From an uncultured Gammaproteobacteria bacterium (lineage in GTDB: Bacteria > Pseudomonadota > Gammaproteobacteria > Chromatiales > Chromatiaceae): a DNA stretch of 64,000 bases. This document shows, piece by piece, positions 49,601 to 60,214 of the stretch (positions are counted from its first letter, which is position 1; each line of letters opens with the position of its first letter). The notes beneath the pieces were generated by a model. The model was not told where the DNA came from. It saw only the letters and a list, made by a program, of their open reading frames with translations, and did not search any database. A program made the translations under genes and the position numbers. The DNA is taken from the NCBI GenBank assembly GCA_963699735.1, contig CAVOUZ010000018.1:105231-169230 (forward strand), read 5' to 3'.

Positions 49601-52256
49601 ATGACGACCAAACCCGATATCGATCCCCAAGAGACCCAGGAATGGCTCGACTCACTCGAGGCCGTGCTGGAAAACGAGGGCGTCGAGCGCGCCCACTTCC
49701 TGCTGGAGCGGCTCATCGACAAGGCACGGCGCTCCGGCGCCTACCTGCCCTATAGCGCCAACACCGCCTATCTCAACACCATTCCCGTGCAGCAGCAGGA
49801 GCGCTTCCCCGGCGACCGCGCCATGGAGCGGCGCATCCGCTCCTTCGTGCGCTGGAACGCCATGGCCATGGTGGTGCAGGCCAACCGCCTCTCGACCGAG
49901 CTTGGGGGACACATCTCCTCCTTCGCCTCGAGCGCCACCCTGTTCGACATCGGCTACAACCATTTTTTCCACGCGCGCAACAAGGACCACGGCGGGGACC
50001 TTGATCTTCATCCAGGGCCACTCGGCCCCAGGCATCTATGCCCGCGCCTTCCTCGAGGGCCGCATCTCCGAGGAGCAGCTCTACAACTTCCGCCAAGAGG
50101 TGGACGGCAACGGGCTTTCCTCCTATCCCCATCCCTGGCTGATGCCCGGATTCTGGCAGTTCCCGACCGTATCGATGGGGCTCGGTCCCATCATGGCCAT
50201 CTACCAGGCCCGCTTCATGCGCTATCTGAGCGACCGGGGGGTGGTCAACACCCAGGGACGCCGGGTCTGGGCCTTCCTCGGCGACGGCGAGATGGACGAG
50301 CCGGAGTCACTCGGGGCCATCTCGCTCGCCGCCCGCGAGCGGCTGGACAACCTGGTGTTCGTCGTCAACTGCAACCTGCAGCGACTCGACGGTCCGGTGC
50401 GTGGCAACGGCAAGATCATCCAGGAGCTGGAGGCGGTGTTCCGGGGTTCCGGCTGGAACGTGATCAAGGTGATCTGGGGCAGCTACTGGGATCCCCTGAT
50501 CGCCCGCGACAAGCAGGGCCTGCTCTTGAAGCGCATGGAGGAGTGCGTGGACGGCGACTACCAGGCCTACAAGGCCAAGGGCGGCGCCTACACCCGCGAG
50601 CACTTCTTCGGCAAGTATCCCGAGCTCCGGGAGATGGTCGCCAACATGACCGACGAGGACATCTGGCGGCTCAACCGCGGCGGCCACGACCCGGTAAAGG
50701 TCTATGCCGCCTATGACGCGGCCATGAAGACCAAGGGCAAGCCCACGGTGATCCTGGCCAAGACGGTCAAGGGCTACGGCATGGGCGTGGCCGGCGAGGG
50801 GATGAACATCACCCATTCCCAGAAAAAGATGGGCGAGGCGGCGCTCAAGGCCTTCCGCGACCGCTTCAACATCCCGATCTCCGACGATCAGATCGGCGCC
50901 GCCCCCTTCTACAAGCCGCCGCCGGAGAGCCCGGAGATCCAGTACCTGCACGAGGTGCGCGAGCGGCTCGGCGGCTATCTGCCGGCCCGCCTCGACGAGG
51001 CCCCGGCGCTCAAGGTCCCCGGGCTGGATGTCTTCCACGCCCTGCTCGAGGGCAGCGGCGACAAGGAGATGTCCACCACCATGGCCCTGGTGCGGCTGAT
51101 GACCATCATCATCCGCGACAAGGAGATCGGGCGATACGTGGTGCCCATCGTTCCCGACGAGGCGCGCACCTTCGGCATGGAGGGCATGTTCCGTCAGCTC
51201 GGCATCTACTCCTCGGTGGGCCAGCTCTATGAGCCGGTGGACGCCGATCAGGTGATGTATTACCGCGAGGACAAGAAGGGGCAGATCCTCCAGGAGGGCA
51301 TCAACGAGGCCGGGGCCATGTCGTCCTGGATCGCCGCGGCCACGGCCTACGCGAACCACGGCCAGAGCATGATCCCTTTCTACATCTATTACTCGATGTT
51401 CGGCTTCCAGCGCGTCGGGGACCTGGCCTGGGCCGCCGGGGACATGCAGGCACGGGGCTTCCTGATCGGTGGCACGGCGGGCCGCACCACTTTGGCCGGC
51501 GAGGGGCTGCAGCATCAGGACGGCCACAGCCAGGTGGTGGCCTCCACCATCCCGAACTGCGTCGCCTATGACCCGGCCTACGCCTATGAGCTGGCGGTGA
51601 TCGTCCAGGACGGACTGCGACGGATGTACCAGGAGAAGCAGAACTGCTTCTACTACATCACCGCTATGAACGAGAACTACCTCCAGCCCGCCATGCCCGA
51701 GGGCGTCGAGTCGGGCATCCTCAAGGGGATGTACCGGGTCTACCGGGGCGAGGAGCGCGCCCACCGGGTCCAGCTGCTGGGCTCGGGGACCATACTGCGG
51801 GAGGTGCTGGCTGGGGCCGAGCTACTGGCCCGCGACTTCGATGTGGGCGCAGCGGTCTGGAGCGTCACCAGCTTCAACGAGCTGCGCCGCGAGGGCATTG
51901 ACGCGGAGCGCTGGAACATGCTCCACCCGGATCAGGAGCAGCGCACCACCTATGTGGAGTCCCAGCTCGCCGGAACCCGCGGTCCCATCATCGCCGCCAC
52001 CGACTATATCCGCACCTATGCCGACCAGATCCGGCCCTATGTGCCGCGCCGCTACCTGGTGCTCGGCACGGACGGCTTCGGACGCAGCGACATGCGCAGT
52101 CAGCTGCGCAAGTTCTTTGAGGTCAACCGTTACTACGTCGCGGTCGCCGCCCTCAAGGCCCTGGCCGACGAGGGCGAGATCCCCAGCTCCAGGGTCTCCG
52201 AGGCCATCGAGAAATACCGCATCGACCCGGAGAAGCCAAACCCGCTGACGGTTTGA
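49601..52256 (+). CDS. aceE: Pyruvate dehydrogenase E1 component; 1-nt frameshift at ~50001
   Basis: DIDPQETQEW..GGHISS in the first frame; QGHSAPG, GDGEMDE..N, EGLQHQD in the second. Confidence 0.96.
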
Positions 52257-52304
52257 TGCACCCGGCAACACAGGTCCCGGAACCCATGGCCCAGGAGAAC
52301 TAGC

Positions 52305-54062
52305 GTGGCATCCGTCGAAGCAATCCTGCTGCCCGACATCGGAGACTTCTCCGATGTGGAGATCATCGAGATCCTGGTCGCCGCGGGCGACCGGATTGAG
52401 GCCGAGCAGTCACTGCTCACCCTGGAGAGCGACAAGGCCACCATCGAGATCCCCGCCCCCAAGTCGGGCGTGATAGCGGAGGTCCTGGTCAAGGTCGGCG
52501 ACCGGGTGAGCCAGGGCAGTCCATTGTTTCGGCTCGAGACCCCCAGGGTTGGAGCGGATGCCGCCGCGTCGGTCGAGCCGCCGGCGGCCGCTGAGACCGA
52601 GCCGGCGCCTGCGCAGCGCGACGAGGCCCCCACCCCGGGCGCGCCGCCCCTTCCCCGATCGGCGCCCCAGTCGGCGCCCCGGTCGAAACCAGGTCCCGCT
52701 GCCGGGCCCGCGGCTACGGCCGGCGAGCCGATCCCGGTGACCCTGCCGGACATCGGCGACTTCCACGACGTGCCCGTCATCGAGATCCTGGTCTCGCCCG
52801 GAGACCGGGTCGAGGTCGACCAGTCCCTGCTCACCCTCGAGAGCGACAAGGCGACCATGGAGATCCCCTCGCCCCAGGCGGGGATCGTGGAGTCCGTCGC
52901 CGTCGCGGTCGGCGACAAGCTCAACCGTGGAGATCGGATCCTCAGCCTGACCCCCGCCGGCCGGGCGGCGGGCGCAACCAAGGTGCCCTCGGGGGAGATG
53001 CAGGCGCCCCAGCCGCCGGCGGCGGTCGCCGAGCCCGATCCCGACGCCGAGGCGCGAACGGCCGCGCCGGCCTCGCGGGCCCCCGGCGAATCGGAGCCGC
53101 GCCAGGCACCGGTGCTGCCGCGCCCCGCCGACATGGCCGCCATTGCCAAGGGCCGAAAGCCCCACGCCAGTCCGGCAGTGCGCCGCTTCGCCCGTGAGCT
53201 GGGCGTGGACCTGGCCCTGGTCAAGGGGTCGGGATCCAAGGGCCGGGTGCTTAAGGACGACGTCCAGGGCTTCGTCAAGCAGGCCCTGAGCCAGGGGGCA
53301 CCGGCCGCCGGGGCCGGGCTGCCCTTCGCCCTGCCCGCGGCTCCAGCCGTCGACTTCGCCAAGTTCGGCCCGGTCGAGGTCCAGGAGCTGTCGCGCATCA
53401 AGAAGCTGAGCGGGCGCCACCTGCACCGGGCCTGGCTGTCCGTGCCCCATGTGACCCAGTTCGACGAGGCTGATATCACCGAGCTGGAGGGCTTCCGAAA
53501 GGGCCAGAAGGAAGCGGCGGAGCGCGCGGGCGTCAAGCTCAGCTTCCTGCCCTTCCTGCTCAAGGCGGCCGCCACGGCGCTCGGTGAGATGCCCGTGCTC
53601 AAGGCCTCGCTGAGCGCCGATGGAGAGGGCCTGGTGATGAAGCACTACACCCACATCGGCGTGGCCGTGGATACCCCCAACGGACTCCTGGTGCCGGTGG
53701 TGCGAGACGTCGACAAGAAGGGGCTCTACGACCTGGCCCGGGACCTGATGGACCTGAGCGGGAAGGCCCGCAACGGCAAGCTGCTGCCCGGCGACATGCA
53801 GGGCGGCTGTTTCTCCATCTCCAGCCTGGGCAGCATCGGCGGGACCAGGTTCACCCCCATCGTCAACGCACCCGAGGTGGCCATCCTGGGGGTCTCCCGC
53901 TCCGAGATGAAACCCGTCTGGAATGGCCGCGACTTCCAGCCCAGGCTCATGCTGCCCCTGTCACTCTCCTACGATCATCGGGTGGTCGACGGCGCCGACG
54001 GCGCCCGCTTCACCACCCTGCTCGGCCAGTTGCTGGGGGACATCCGCCGGCTGCTGCTGTAG
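52305..54062 (+). CDS. aceF: Dihydrolipoamide acetyltransferase (E2) with two lipoyl domains
   Basis: Two ESDKA motifs, HASPAVRR..ARE E3-binding region, DHRVVDG catalytic motif. Confidence 0.96.
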   Translation: MASVEAILLPDIGDFSDVEIIEILVAAGDRIEAEQSLLTLESDKATIEIPAPKSGVIAEVLVKVGDRVSQGSPLFRLETPRVGADAAASVEPPAAAETEPAPAQRDEAPTPGAPPLPRSAPQSAPRSKPGPAAGPAATAGEPIPVTLPDIGDFHDVPVIEILVSPGDRVEVDQSLLTLESDKATMEIPSPQAGIVESVAVAVGDKLNRGDRILSLTPAGRAAGATKVPSGEMQAPQPPAAVAEPDPDAEARTAAPASRAPGESEPRQAPVLPRPADMAAIAKGRKPHASPAVRRFARELGVDLALVKGSGSKGRVLKDDVQGFVKQALSQGAPAAGAGLPFALPAAPAVDFAKFGPVEVQELSRIKKLSGRHLHRAWLSVPHVTQFDEADITELEGFRKGQKEAAERAGVKLSFLPFLLKAAATALGEMPVLKASLSADGEGLVMKHYTHIGVAVDTPNGLLVPVVRDVDKKGLYDLARDLMDLSGKARNGKLLPGDMQGGCFSISSLGSIGGTRFTPIVNAPEVAILGVSRSEMKPVWNGRDFQPRLMLPLSLSYDHRVVDGADGARFTTLLGQLLGDIRRLLL

Positions 54063-54243
54063 TGCCATCAGGGTGCGACGACGCGGCTTCGCAGCGGCGG
54101 CACGGGCACTGTTCGATTAGACCCGTCGGCGGATCGTCTTGAGCGATGGGTAACGTCGAATGGCCTACTTGATCGCAGCGGTATTGCCACTCGATCTGTC
54201 AAAGCGCCAATTCCAGCCCAAGACCTGAGTCGCGGAGATCGCC

Positions 54244-54858
54244 ATGTACAAGGGCGAGCGGTTCAACAGCATCACCCACCTGGTGGGCGCGGTACTCGCG
54301 CTGGTGGGGGTCACGGTCATGGTCACCCTGGCGGCTATGGGGGGCGAAGGCTCGCGCATCCTGATCCTGACGGTCTACGGCCTTACGCTGTTCCTGCTGT
54401 ATCTCTTCTCCACCCTCTACCACAGCCTGCGCGGGCGCGCGAAACAGGTCTTCCGGGTCCTGGACCACCACGCGATCTATCTGCTCATTGCCGGGACCTA
54501 CACGCCATTCACCCTGCTCGCCCTGAGGGGGTCGACGGGCTGGTGGCTGTTCGGCGCCGTGTGGGGACTTGCCGCCGTAGGTATAGCCCTGGACTCGCTG
54601 CCCCGCAAAGGGCCCAGGGTACTGTCCCTGTTGATCTACCTAGGGATGGGCTGGCTGGTCCTCTTTGCCCTGGGTCCGCTGATCGCCGCCCTGCCCGCCG
54701 CGGGATTCTGGTGGCTGGTGGCCGGAGGGGTCTTCTATACGGTCGGGGTCATCTTCTATCTGCTGGACGATCGCTATCCCTGGTGCCACGGCATCTGGCA
54801 CCTGTTCGTCCTGGCCGGCAGCATCAGTCACTACTTCGTGATACTGCTTTATCTCTAG
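54244..54858 (+). CDS. Hemolysin III (PAQR) family membrane protein
   Basis: E..N..TH, STLYH, DH.AIY.LIAGTYTP, H.IWH.FV. Confidence 0.93.
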   Translation: MYKGERFNSITHLVGAVLALVGVTVMVTLAAMGGEGSRILILTVYGLTLFLLYLFSTLYHSLRGRAKQVFRVLDHHAIYLLIAGTYTPFTLLALRGSTGWWLFGAVWGLAAVGIALDSLPRKGPRVLSLLIYLGMGWLVLFALGPLIAALPAAGFWWLVAGGVFYTVGVIFYLLDDRYPWCHGIWHLFVLAGSISHYFVILLYL

Positions 54859-54882
54859 GCCTGTCTGCTCTAGGCCTGTCTG
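54853..54882. repeat. Perfect 15-bp tandem duplication
   Basis: CTCTAGGCCTGTCTG twice, spanning the hemolysin III stop codon. Confidence 0.9.
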
Positions 54883-54940
54883 GCCGGGTCAGGGCCCGGC
54901 ACCCTCTGCCGCGCCGCGAGGCCCCGGCCCGTCTCCGGAT

Positions 54941-55200
54941 CTATTCGGGGCGCGGACTCGGCTCGAGCCCTGCCGCCCCGCCGGCGCGAATCTGACGCTG
55001 CGCCTCCTCGGTCTCGATCTCCGAGGCGGGTATGACCTTGCCCTCCCGCGCGAGCCGCTGGTACCAGAGATCGTGATGCTTCTGCATCCATTCCTTCGCG
55101 ACGTGGCCCTTCACCATGCCGTCCAGGGCGCCCGGTGTGCCGAGGGTGCCGACATAGATGTGTCCGAAGGCGATCGCCGTCCACAGGATCGCCAGGCTCG
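54941..55200 (-). pseudogene. 3' fragment of formate dehydrogenase gamma (cytochrome b) subunit
   Basis: GHIY.GT.G..GA..GM..G.V...W...HH..WY is the FdnI/FdoI C-terminus; the 5' part is missing. Confidence 0.8.
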
Positions 55201-56183
55201 CAGGGCCTCGCGTGGATACCCCAGGGCGTCCAGCAGGCGGCGGCCCAGCTCCAGCTCGGACTCCAGGGCCCGGCGCACCGATGGCGGCGTCTCCGGGGCG
55301 GACAGGATCGCCACGGCGCCCGCCCCGAATGCAAGGGCGCACAGCCAGGTCTCGAGACCGGTGGAGCCGATCTCCTCGAGGCCAATGGGGATCACCCCAT
55401 CGGATCTCGAAGTGACCATGCTTTCGAGCCAATCCCGTGCCGTGCTCGCGTCATGCAAGAGCAGCAGGGGGCGCCCCTCGGAGTGCCGCGAATAGGCGCG
55501 CAGGCACCGGCGCCCTGGCACAGGTAAGGGTCGATCTCGACCCGCTCGCCGAGCGAGCGGATCGCCAAGGTCGGACAGGCGTCCATACAGCGGGTGCAGC
55601 CGCTCAGACCCCGCCTGCCGTGGGCACAGATCGCCGGGTCATAGTCGAAGTATCTGGGCTTGCTGAAGTCGCCCACCAGCGCGGGCAGCTCGTTGAGCGC
55701 CCGCTCCAGCCGCACCGGATCGGCCCCCGGCGCGAGATAGCCGGGAGGGGGCACCTCGGCCGTGAGCAGCGGCGGGGACCCCAGATCGAGCACCAGATCG
55801 AACGGGGCCTCGTCGCGACCGGACTGCGAACCGTCGCCTGGGAGCCTCAGGTGGAAGGCGCCGAGATGACCCCTCAGAGACAGAGACTCGGGCCCCGCGC
55901 CGGGGTGTGCCGAATCCCTCGCCGCCGGTCGCGGCAGCACCAGGGGGGTCAGTCCGGCGGCCTCGAGTCGGGCCGCGGCGTCCACCGCCGGCGCTCCAGC
56001 GCCAAGGATCAGGACCCGGCCCCCGCTGCTGTAGGTGACGCTAGCGCCGGCGTCCTGTTGCAACGCCAGATCAAACAGCCGCTGGGCGGCTTCAGTGGCC
56101 GCGGACAAGCCCCCGAGAGCGCCCTGTGCGCCATCGTTCGGGGACCGCTTGCCGGTGGCCGGGAAGATGCCAGACGCGTCCAT
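55201..56183 (-). pseudogene. Truncated 4Fe-4S dicluster protein of formate dehydrogenase accessory clusters
   Basis: GDFSKPRYF..CAH....GCTRC..ACP; second cluster broken after CQGAGAC; ends at LGYPREAL. Confidence 0.8.
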
Positions 56184-56605
56184 CAGGTGACAGTCCCCTC
56201 GTCGTCCGGTACCTGTTCGCCGCAATCGACGGGATCCGCGCTCGCGTCGGCCGGCACGGGCACACCCCTGGCCGCGCTCGCCAGACGCTCCAGGCGCTCC
56301 CGATGCCGGCGCAGGCCCTCCGTGACCAGATCCCCGAGGGGTCGATAGGACCTGTAGTCCCCGGCGTAGTCGTCCAGCCCGTCGGTCAGGTTGAAGCGCG
56401 GCTGTGAGAAGACGCGCCGAAAAGCGTCCCGGCGCAGCTCCTCGCTCACCCCGCTGGAGAGGAAACCCGACAGGTCGCTGTCGGCGTCGAGCAGCTCGAG
56501 CGGGGGCATCTCGGCGTCGGTCATGAGGTCGTTGAGGCCCTGCTCCTCGCCCTCGTCCGGCGCGTCCTCCGCGGCTCTCGGGCGGGTCTGCGCGGCGGTC
56601 GTCAT
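56183..56605 (-). pseudogene. 5'-truncated DUF3306-family gene
   Basis: PP.E.L..DSD.S.FL..GV.EELRR.A.R..F..P.FN..DGLDDY..DY; the usual N-terminal RWSRRK segment is absent. Confidence 0.7.
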
Positions 56606-56942
56606 TGTTCTGGTCCAGGCGGGACCAGGCAGACTTGAGCTACGGATCGGCCGCGGCCTCGGAGGCCGAGATATGACCGTCCCCATTGATGTCGAAATAG
56701 GCGAAGCGCGGCGGCACGCCCTCGAGCACCTGCCCCTGATGAGGCGAGATGGGGATGTCCTGCAGCGTGGTTCCCCGGGCCTCCGGGCCACGTGTGGTGA
56801 CACTTCCGGGCACCTGCTCCAGCACTTCGGTCTGATGCTTGGTGGCCGGGACGGCGCCGCCGCCCTCCTCGGCGGCCGCTGTCACCCCCGGCAGCACCAG
56901 GGTCAGGACCGCGGGTAGCGCGAACGAAAACGTGCTCGTCAT
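56606..56942 (-). pseudogene. Secreted EF-hand protein with internal stop codon and truncated second EF-hand
   Basis: GGAGG RBS, signal peptide, FDINGDGHISASE, TAG at 56640-56642, then in-frame LKSAWSRLDQNNDD. Confidence 0.65.
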
Positions 56943-56984
56943 GACCGCCTCCAATGAGTGGTTGGATTTGCCCTTGTAGTTCAC

Positions 56985-56999
56985 TCAAGATTCGTGCCG
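56985..56999 (-). promoter_or_regulatory. Sigma54-like promoter (variant -12)
   Basis: CGGCACGAATCTTGA versus consensus TGGCAC-N5-TTGC. Confidence 0.5.
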
Positions 57000-57316
57000 C
57001 GGGCATCGAGCGTCACGGCCGGGAGCGCCTGGCGATCCCTGCATCGGCGGAATCTGCGCCGCCTTTCGAGGCGGTAATTCGCCCCAGCGAAGGCCTCAAT
57101 GGACGGGGAGCTCTCGGTTCTTTACCACCCGCGCGGGTGGATTTCACCCTGGCCCCGAGCCCGAGTCGCGAGCTCGACGGGCGATCTCTTCCGGTCCGAT
57201 GACCGCGTCCTCGGATACCAGACGAGGCCGAGTTTCTTTGGGCGAGCGCCATCGGCGACAATTCGCCGCTGCCCGCCCCAGGCCCTTTCCCGCGGTTTCC
57301 ACGGAGATCACCCCAC

Positions 57317-58192
57317 ATGAGCCGACATCCACAGCGCCGTCCACTCTGCCTGCTCCTCTGCGCCCTGGTGTTGACGCCGGCCCTGGCTCAGGCCCAGGGT
57401 CTGCTCGAGGGGCTGAAGGAAAAGGCGAGGGAGACCGCCGACAGGCTCGGTGATGCCGCCGACAAGGCCGGGGAGGCCGTCGGCACCGCCGCCGACGCGC
57501 TCGGCAAGGCCAGCAGCAAGGTCGTGGACAGGACTCGGGAGACGGTCGAATCCGCCCGGTCCGATCTGCGCGACGAGGCCTCCCCAAAGGCGACGCGGGA
57601 GAAGATCGACGCCATGGCCGCGGTAACCCTGGAGCGGTTGTTCGCCGAACAGCCGGCGGTGCAGGCCCTGTTTGAGGAGAGCATCGGCTATGCCGTGTTC
57701 GACACCCGGCAGGTACAGTGGGGGCTGGCGGGGGGATACGGACGCGGGGTGGCGGTGGATCGCCGGAGCGGTCAGCGCATCTATATGAAGATGGGCAGTG
57801 CCGGTGTCGGCATCGGTTTTGGCATCGGCGGCTTCGACACTCAGATCGTCGCCCTGTTCAAGGATGGCTTTGACTTCAACAAGTTCGTCACCCAAGGCTT
57901 CGACGCCTCGGCCGAGGCCGGCACCATGATCGGCGACGACAAGGAACAGCTCGGACTGCACTACGAGAACGGCCGGGCGCTGTTCGTCCTGACCCAGAAG
58001 GGCTGGAAGGTCTCGGCGAAGCTGGCCGGCACCCGCTATTGGCCGGATGAAGCGCTCGCCTCAACGCTCCCTCCCGTCACAGACACACCCGTGGTCACGG
58101 AGCCAATCGCCGAGCCCGCGCCCATGGACGTGCCGTCAGATGGCGTCGAGGATGAAGAAAGATCAATTCAGCCGCAAATGAACGCGAATTGA
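57317..58192 (+). CDS. Exported YSC84/SYLF-like domain protein with Ala/Lys-rich helical N-terminus
   Basis: GYAVF, GG.G.GV, YMKM.S.G.G.G.G, G..YW.D..L motifs; signal peptide. Confidence 0.7.
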   Translation: MSRHPQRRPLCLLLCALVLTPALAQAQGLLEGLKEKARETADRLGDAADKAGEAVGTAADALGKASSKVVDRTRETVESARSDLRDEASPKATREKIDAMAAVTLERLFAEQPAVQALFEESIGYAVFDTRQVQWGLAGGYGRGVAVDRRSGQRIYMKMGSAGVGIGFGIGGFDTQIVALFKDGFDFNKFVTQGFDASAEAGTMIGDDKEQLGLHYENGRALFVLTQKGWKVSAKLAGTRYWPDEALASTLPPVTDTPVVTEPIAEPAPMDVPSDGVEDEERSIQPQMNAN

Positions 58193-58286
58193 CGAAAATG
58201 AATTAATGGCTGTTGCCGAGCCCTCATTTCACGCCAAGCCGCTTAAACTGATTTCTTATTCGCGTTCATTTGCGTTTATTTGCGGC
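58171..58286. repeat. 116-bp AT-rich element with ~29-bp imperfect terminal inverted repeats made of 10-bp units; MITE-like
   Basis: GCCGCAAATGAACGCGAATTGACGAAAAT ... ATTCGCGTTCATTTGCGTTTATTTGCGGC. Confidence 0.8.
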
Positions 58287-58315
58287 AGATCCCCGCTCTT
58301 CACCCCCATCTTCAT

Positions 58316-60127
58316 TTACGGCCCCCCTACCCCCTTCAGAGGCAAGCAGCCGCCCTTGCATCCGTACCAGAGGACGCGGTCGCCGGGGACCGCGTCGAGC
58401 CTTTCTCCCGCCTCGAGCAGGCGCACGCGGTTGCCCTCCTCGATGACCGCCAGGGGCAGCGCGCCCTCGGGCAGACCGGCGAGAAGGTCCTCGACGTCGA
58501 ATTCATCCGTGATCCGGGTGGCGTGGAAGCTGAATCCGCGTATCCAGTCGCGCTCCAGGTCCTCGAACCGGACGTCATCGGAAAAGGCGGTGCGTCCGCG
58601 GGTGGTGGGTGCGGGACGCAGCTCCTCCGATGGCTCCGTCTCGGCGAGCTGAAGCACGGATTGGCGCCCCAGGTCCGGCGCGAAGCGGGCGCAAACCAAA
58701 ACGTTGTAGGCATCGTTCTCGGTGGCGGCCAAAAGGCTCTCCATCTCACCCAGCTCAAGCGACGATTCCGCGTGCTGGGAGAGCAGCTCCCCCTGATAGA
58801 CCGGGACCCCCGCATAGCGCAGCGCGCGCAAACGATCGCGCGACTGGTCGGCCACCAGCACCGGAACCTCCTGCTCGTGCAGGGCCTTGGCCAGATCCCT
58901 GCTCCAGGGGTTGGCACCGGCAATCAGCAGTCCACCGCTTCCAGGTGCGCTCAGGTCCAGACGCCGCGCCAGCCACCCGAGGCTCAGTCCGTGGAGCAGC
59001 ACGGTGCTGACGATCAGCGCAAAGGTGAGCGGCAGCATCAGCTCCGAGCCGCCGTTACCCTGGGCGCCGAGGGCGGGACCGAAGACGCCGGCGACCGCGG
59101 CGGCGACCACACCGCGCGGGGCGATCCAGCCCGCCAGCACCCGTTCCTGCCAGGTCATACCTGCCCCGATGGTCGCGAGACCCACCGCGAGCGGACGCAC
59201 CAAAAAGATCAGCGCGGCGATGAAGGCGGCACTGCGCCAGTTGAGCTCCAGCATCACCGAGGCATCCAGGTCCGCCGTCAGCAGCAGGAAGAGGGCGGAG
59301 ACCAGGAGCACGCTCATATAGGACTTGAAGCGGCGGATCTCCTCGATGCTCGGCAGGCCCATGTTGGCCAGCACCACCCCAAGAACCGTGGCCGACACCA
59401 GCCCCGCCTCCTCCAGGACCAGATTGGAGAGTCCGTACACACCCAGGGCCGCCGCCAGTGCAACCGGCCCCTTGAGATATTCGGGAACCTGCCCGGCGAG
59501 AAAGGCGCGACCGAGCAGCCGGGCGACCAGGGTGCCAAGCACCACCGCCGTCACCAGACCGATCAGGAGCTCGATCAGGCTGTCGCCGATCGATGAGCGT
59601 CCGGCGGCGATGAAGTATTGGAAGGCGACGACCGAGAGCACCGCGCCCGCCGGGTCGTTCACGATCCCGTCCCATTTGAGGAAGGCCGCCGGGCGCCGCC
59701 GCAGACGGGCCTGGCGCAGCAGCGGAAGGACCACCGTGGGACCGGTGACGACGGTCGTGGCGCCAAGCACCACGCTGACCGCCCAGGAGAGGTCGGCGAT
59801 CCAGTAGGCCGCGGCGGCGGCAAAGAGCCAGCTCAGGATCACGGTGATGAAGCTCAGCCGGATCAGCCCCTTCCCCGCCTGTCGCAGCTCGTCGATGCGC
59901 AGGGAGAGCCCGCCCTCGAAGAGGATCAGGGCCACCGCCAGACGCACCAGGGGCTGAAATGCCTCGCCCAGGTCCTCGCCGGGGCGGATGAGCCCGAACG
60001 CCGGCCCCATCAGCAGTCCGAATAGGATCAGCAGCAGGATGACGGGGATCCTGAGCCGCGCGCCCAGCCACTGGGCGCCGATGCCAAGCACGGCCATCAG
60101 GGCCAGGGTTTCGGCGAGGTGGTGCAT
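58316..60127 (-). CDS. CPA1-family cation:proton antiporter with C-terminal TrkA-N-like domain
   Basis: LILFEGGL, VTGPTVV.PLL, G.VNDP, VRP, IAPRGVVAA; Rossmann-like tail. Confidence 0.92.
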   Translation of the reverse strand: MHHLAETLALMAVLGIGAQWLGARLRIPVILLLILFGLLMGPAFGLIRPGEDLGEAFQPLVRLAVALILFEGGLSLRIDELRQAGKGLIRLSFITVILSWLFAAAAAYWIADLSWAVSVVLGATTVVTGPTVVLPLLRQARLRRRPAAFLKWDGIVNDPAGAVLSVVAFQYFIAAGRSSIGDSLIELLIGLVTAVVLGTLVARLLGRAFLAGQVPEYLKGPVALAAALGVYGLSNLVLEEAGLVSATVLGVVLANMGLPSIEEIRRFKSYMSVLLVSALFLLLTADLDASVMLELNWRSAAFIAALIFLVRPLAVGLATIGAGMTWQERVLAGWIAPRGVVAAAVAGVFGPALGAQGNGGSELMLPLTFALIVSTVLLHGLSLGWLARRLDLSAPGSGGLLIAGANPWSRDLAKALHEQEVPVLVADQSRDRLRALRYAGVPVYQGELLSQHAESSLELGEMESLLAATENDAYNVLVCARFAPDLGRQSVLQLAETEPSEELRPAPTTRGRTAFSDDVRFEDLERDWIRGFSFHATRITDEFDVEDLLAGLPEGALPLAVIEEGNRVRLLEAGERLDAVPGDRVLWYGCKGGCLPLKGVGGP

Positions 60128-60214
60128 TCTGGGTTTGGACGGTCGAGCTGAGGGTTCAGGGGCGCGTGCCGGAACCAGTGCCGGGACAGGCCCGGCACCT
60201 CCAGCGGTTCAAGA

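Noticed and set aside
49985-50010. Programmed frameshift in aceE
   Set aside because: No slippery heptamer or stimulatory structure; same pattern as the other isolated indels
54063-54243. Missing lpdA after aceF and a 22-codon ORF (MAYLIAAVLPLDLSKRQFQPKT)
   Set aside because: lpdA is often encoded elsewhere; the mini-ORF has no RBS or other support
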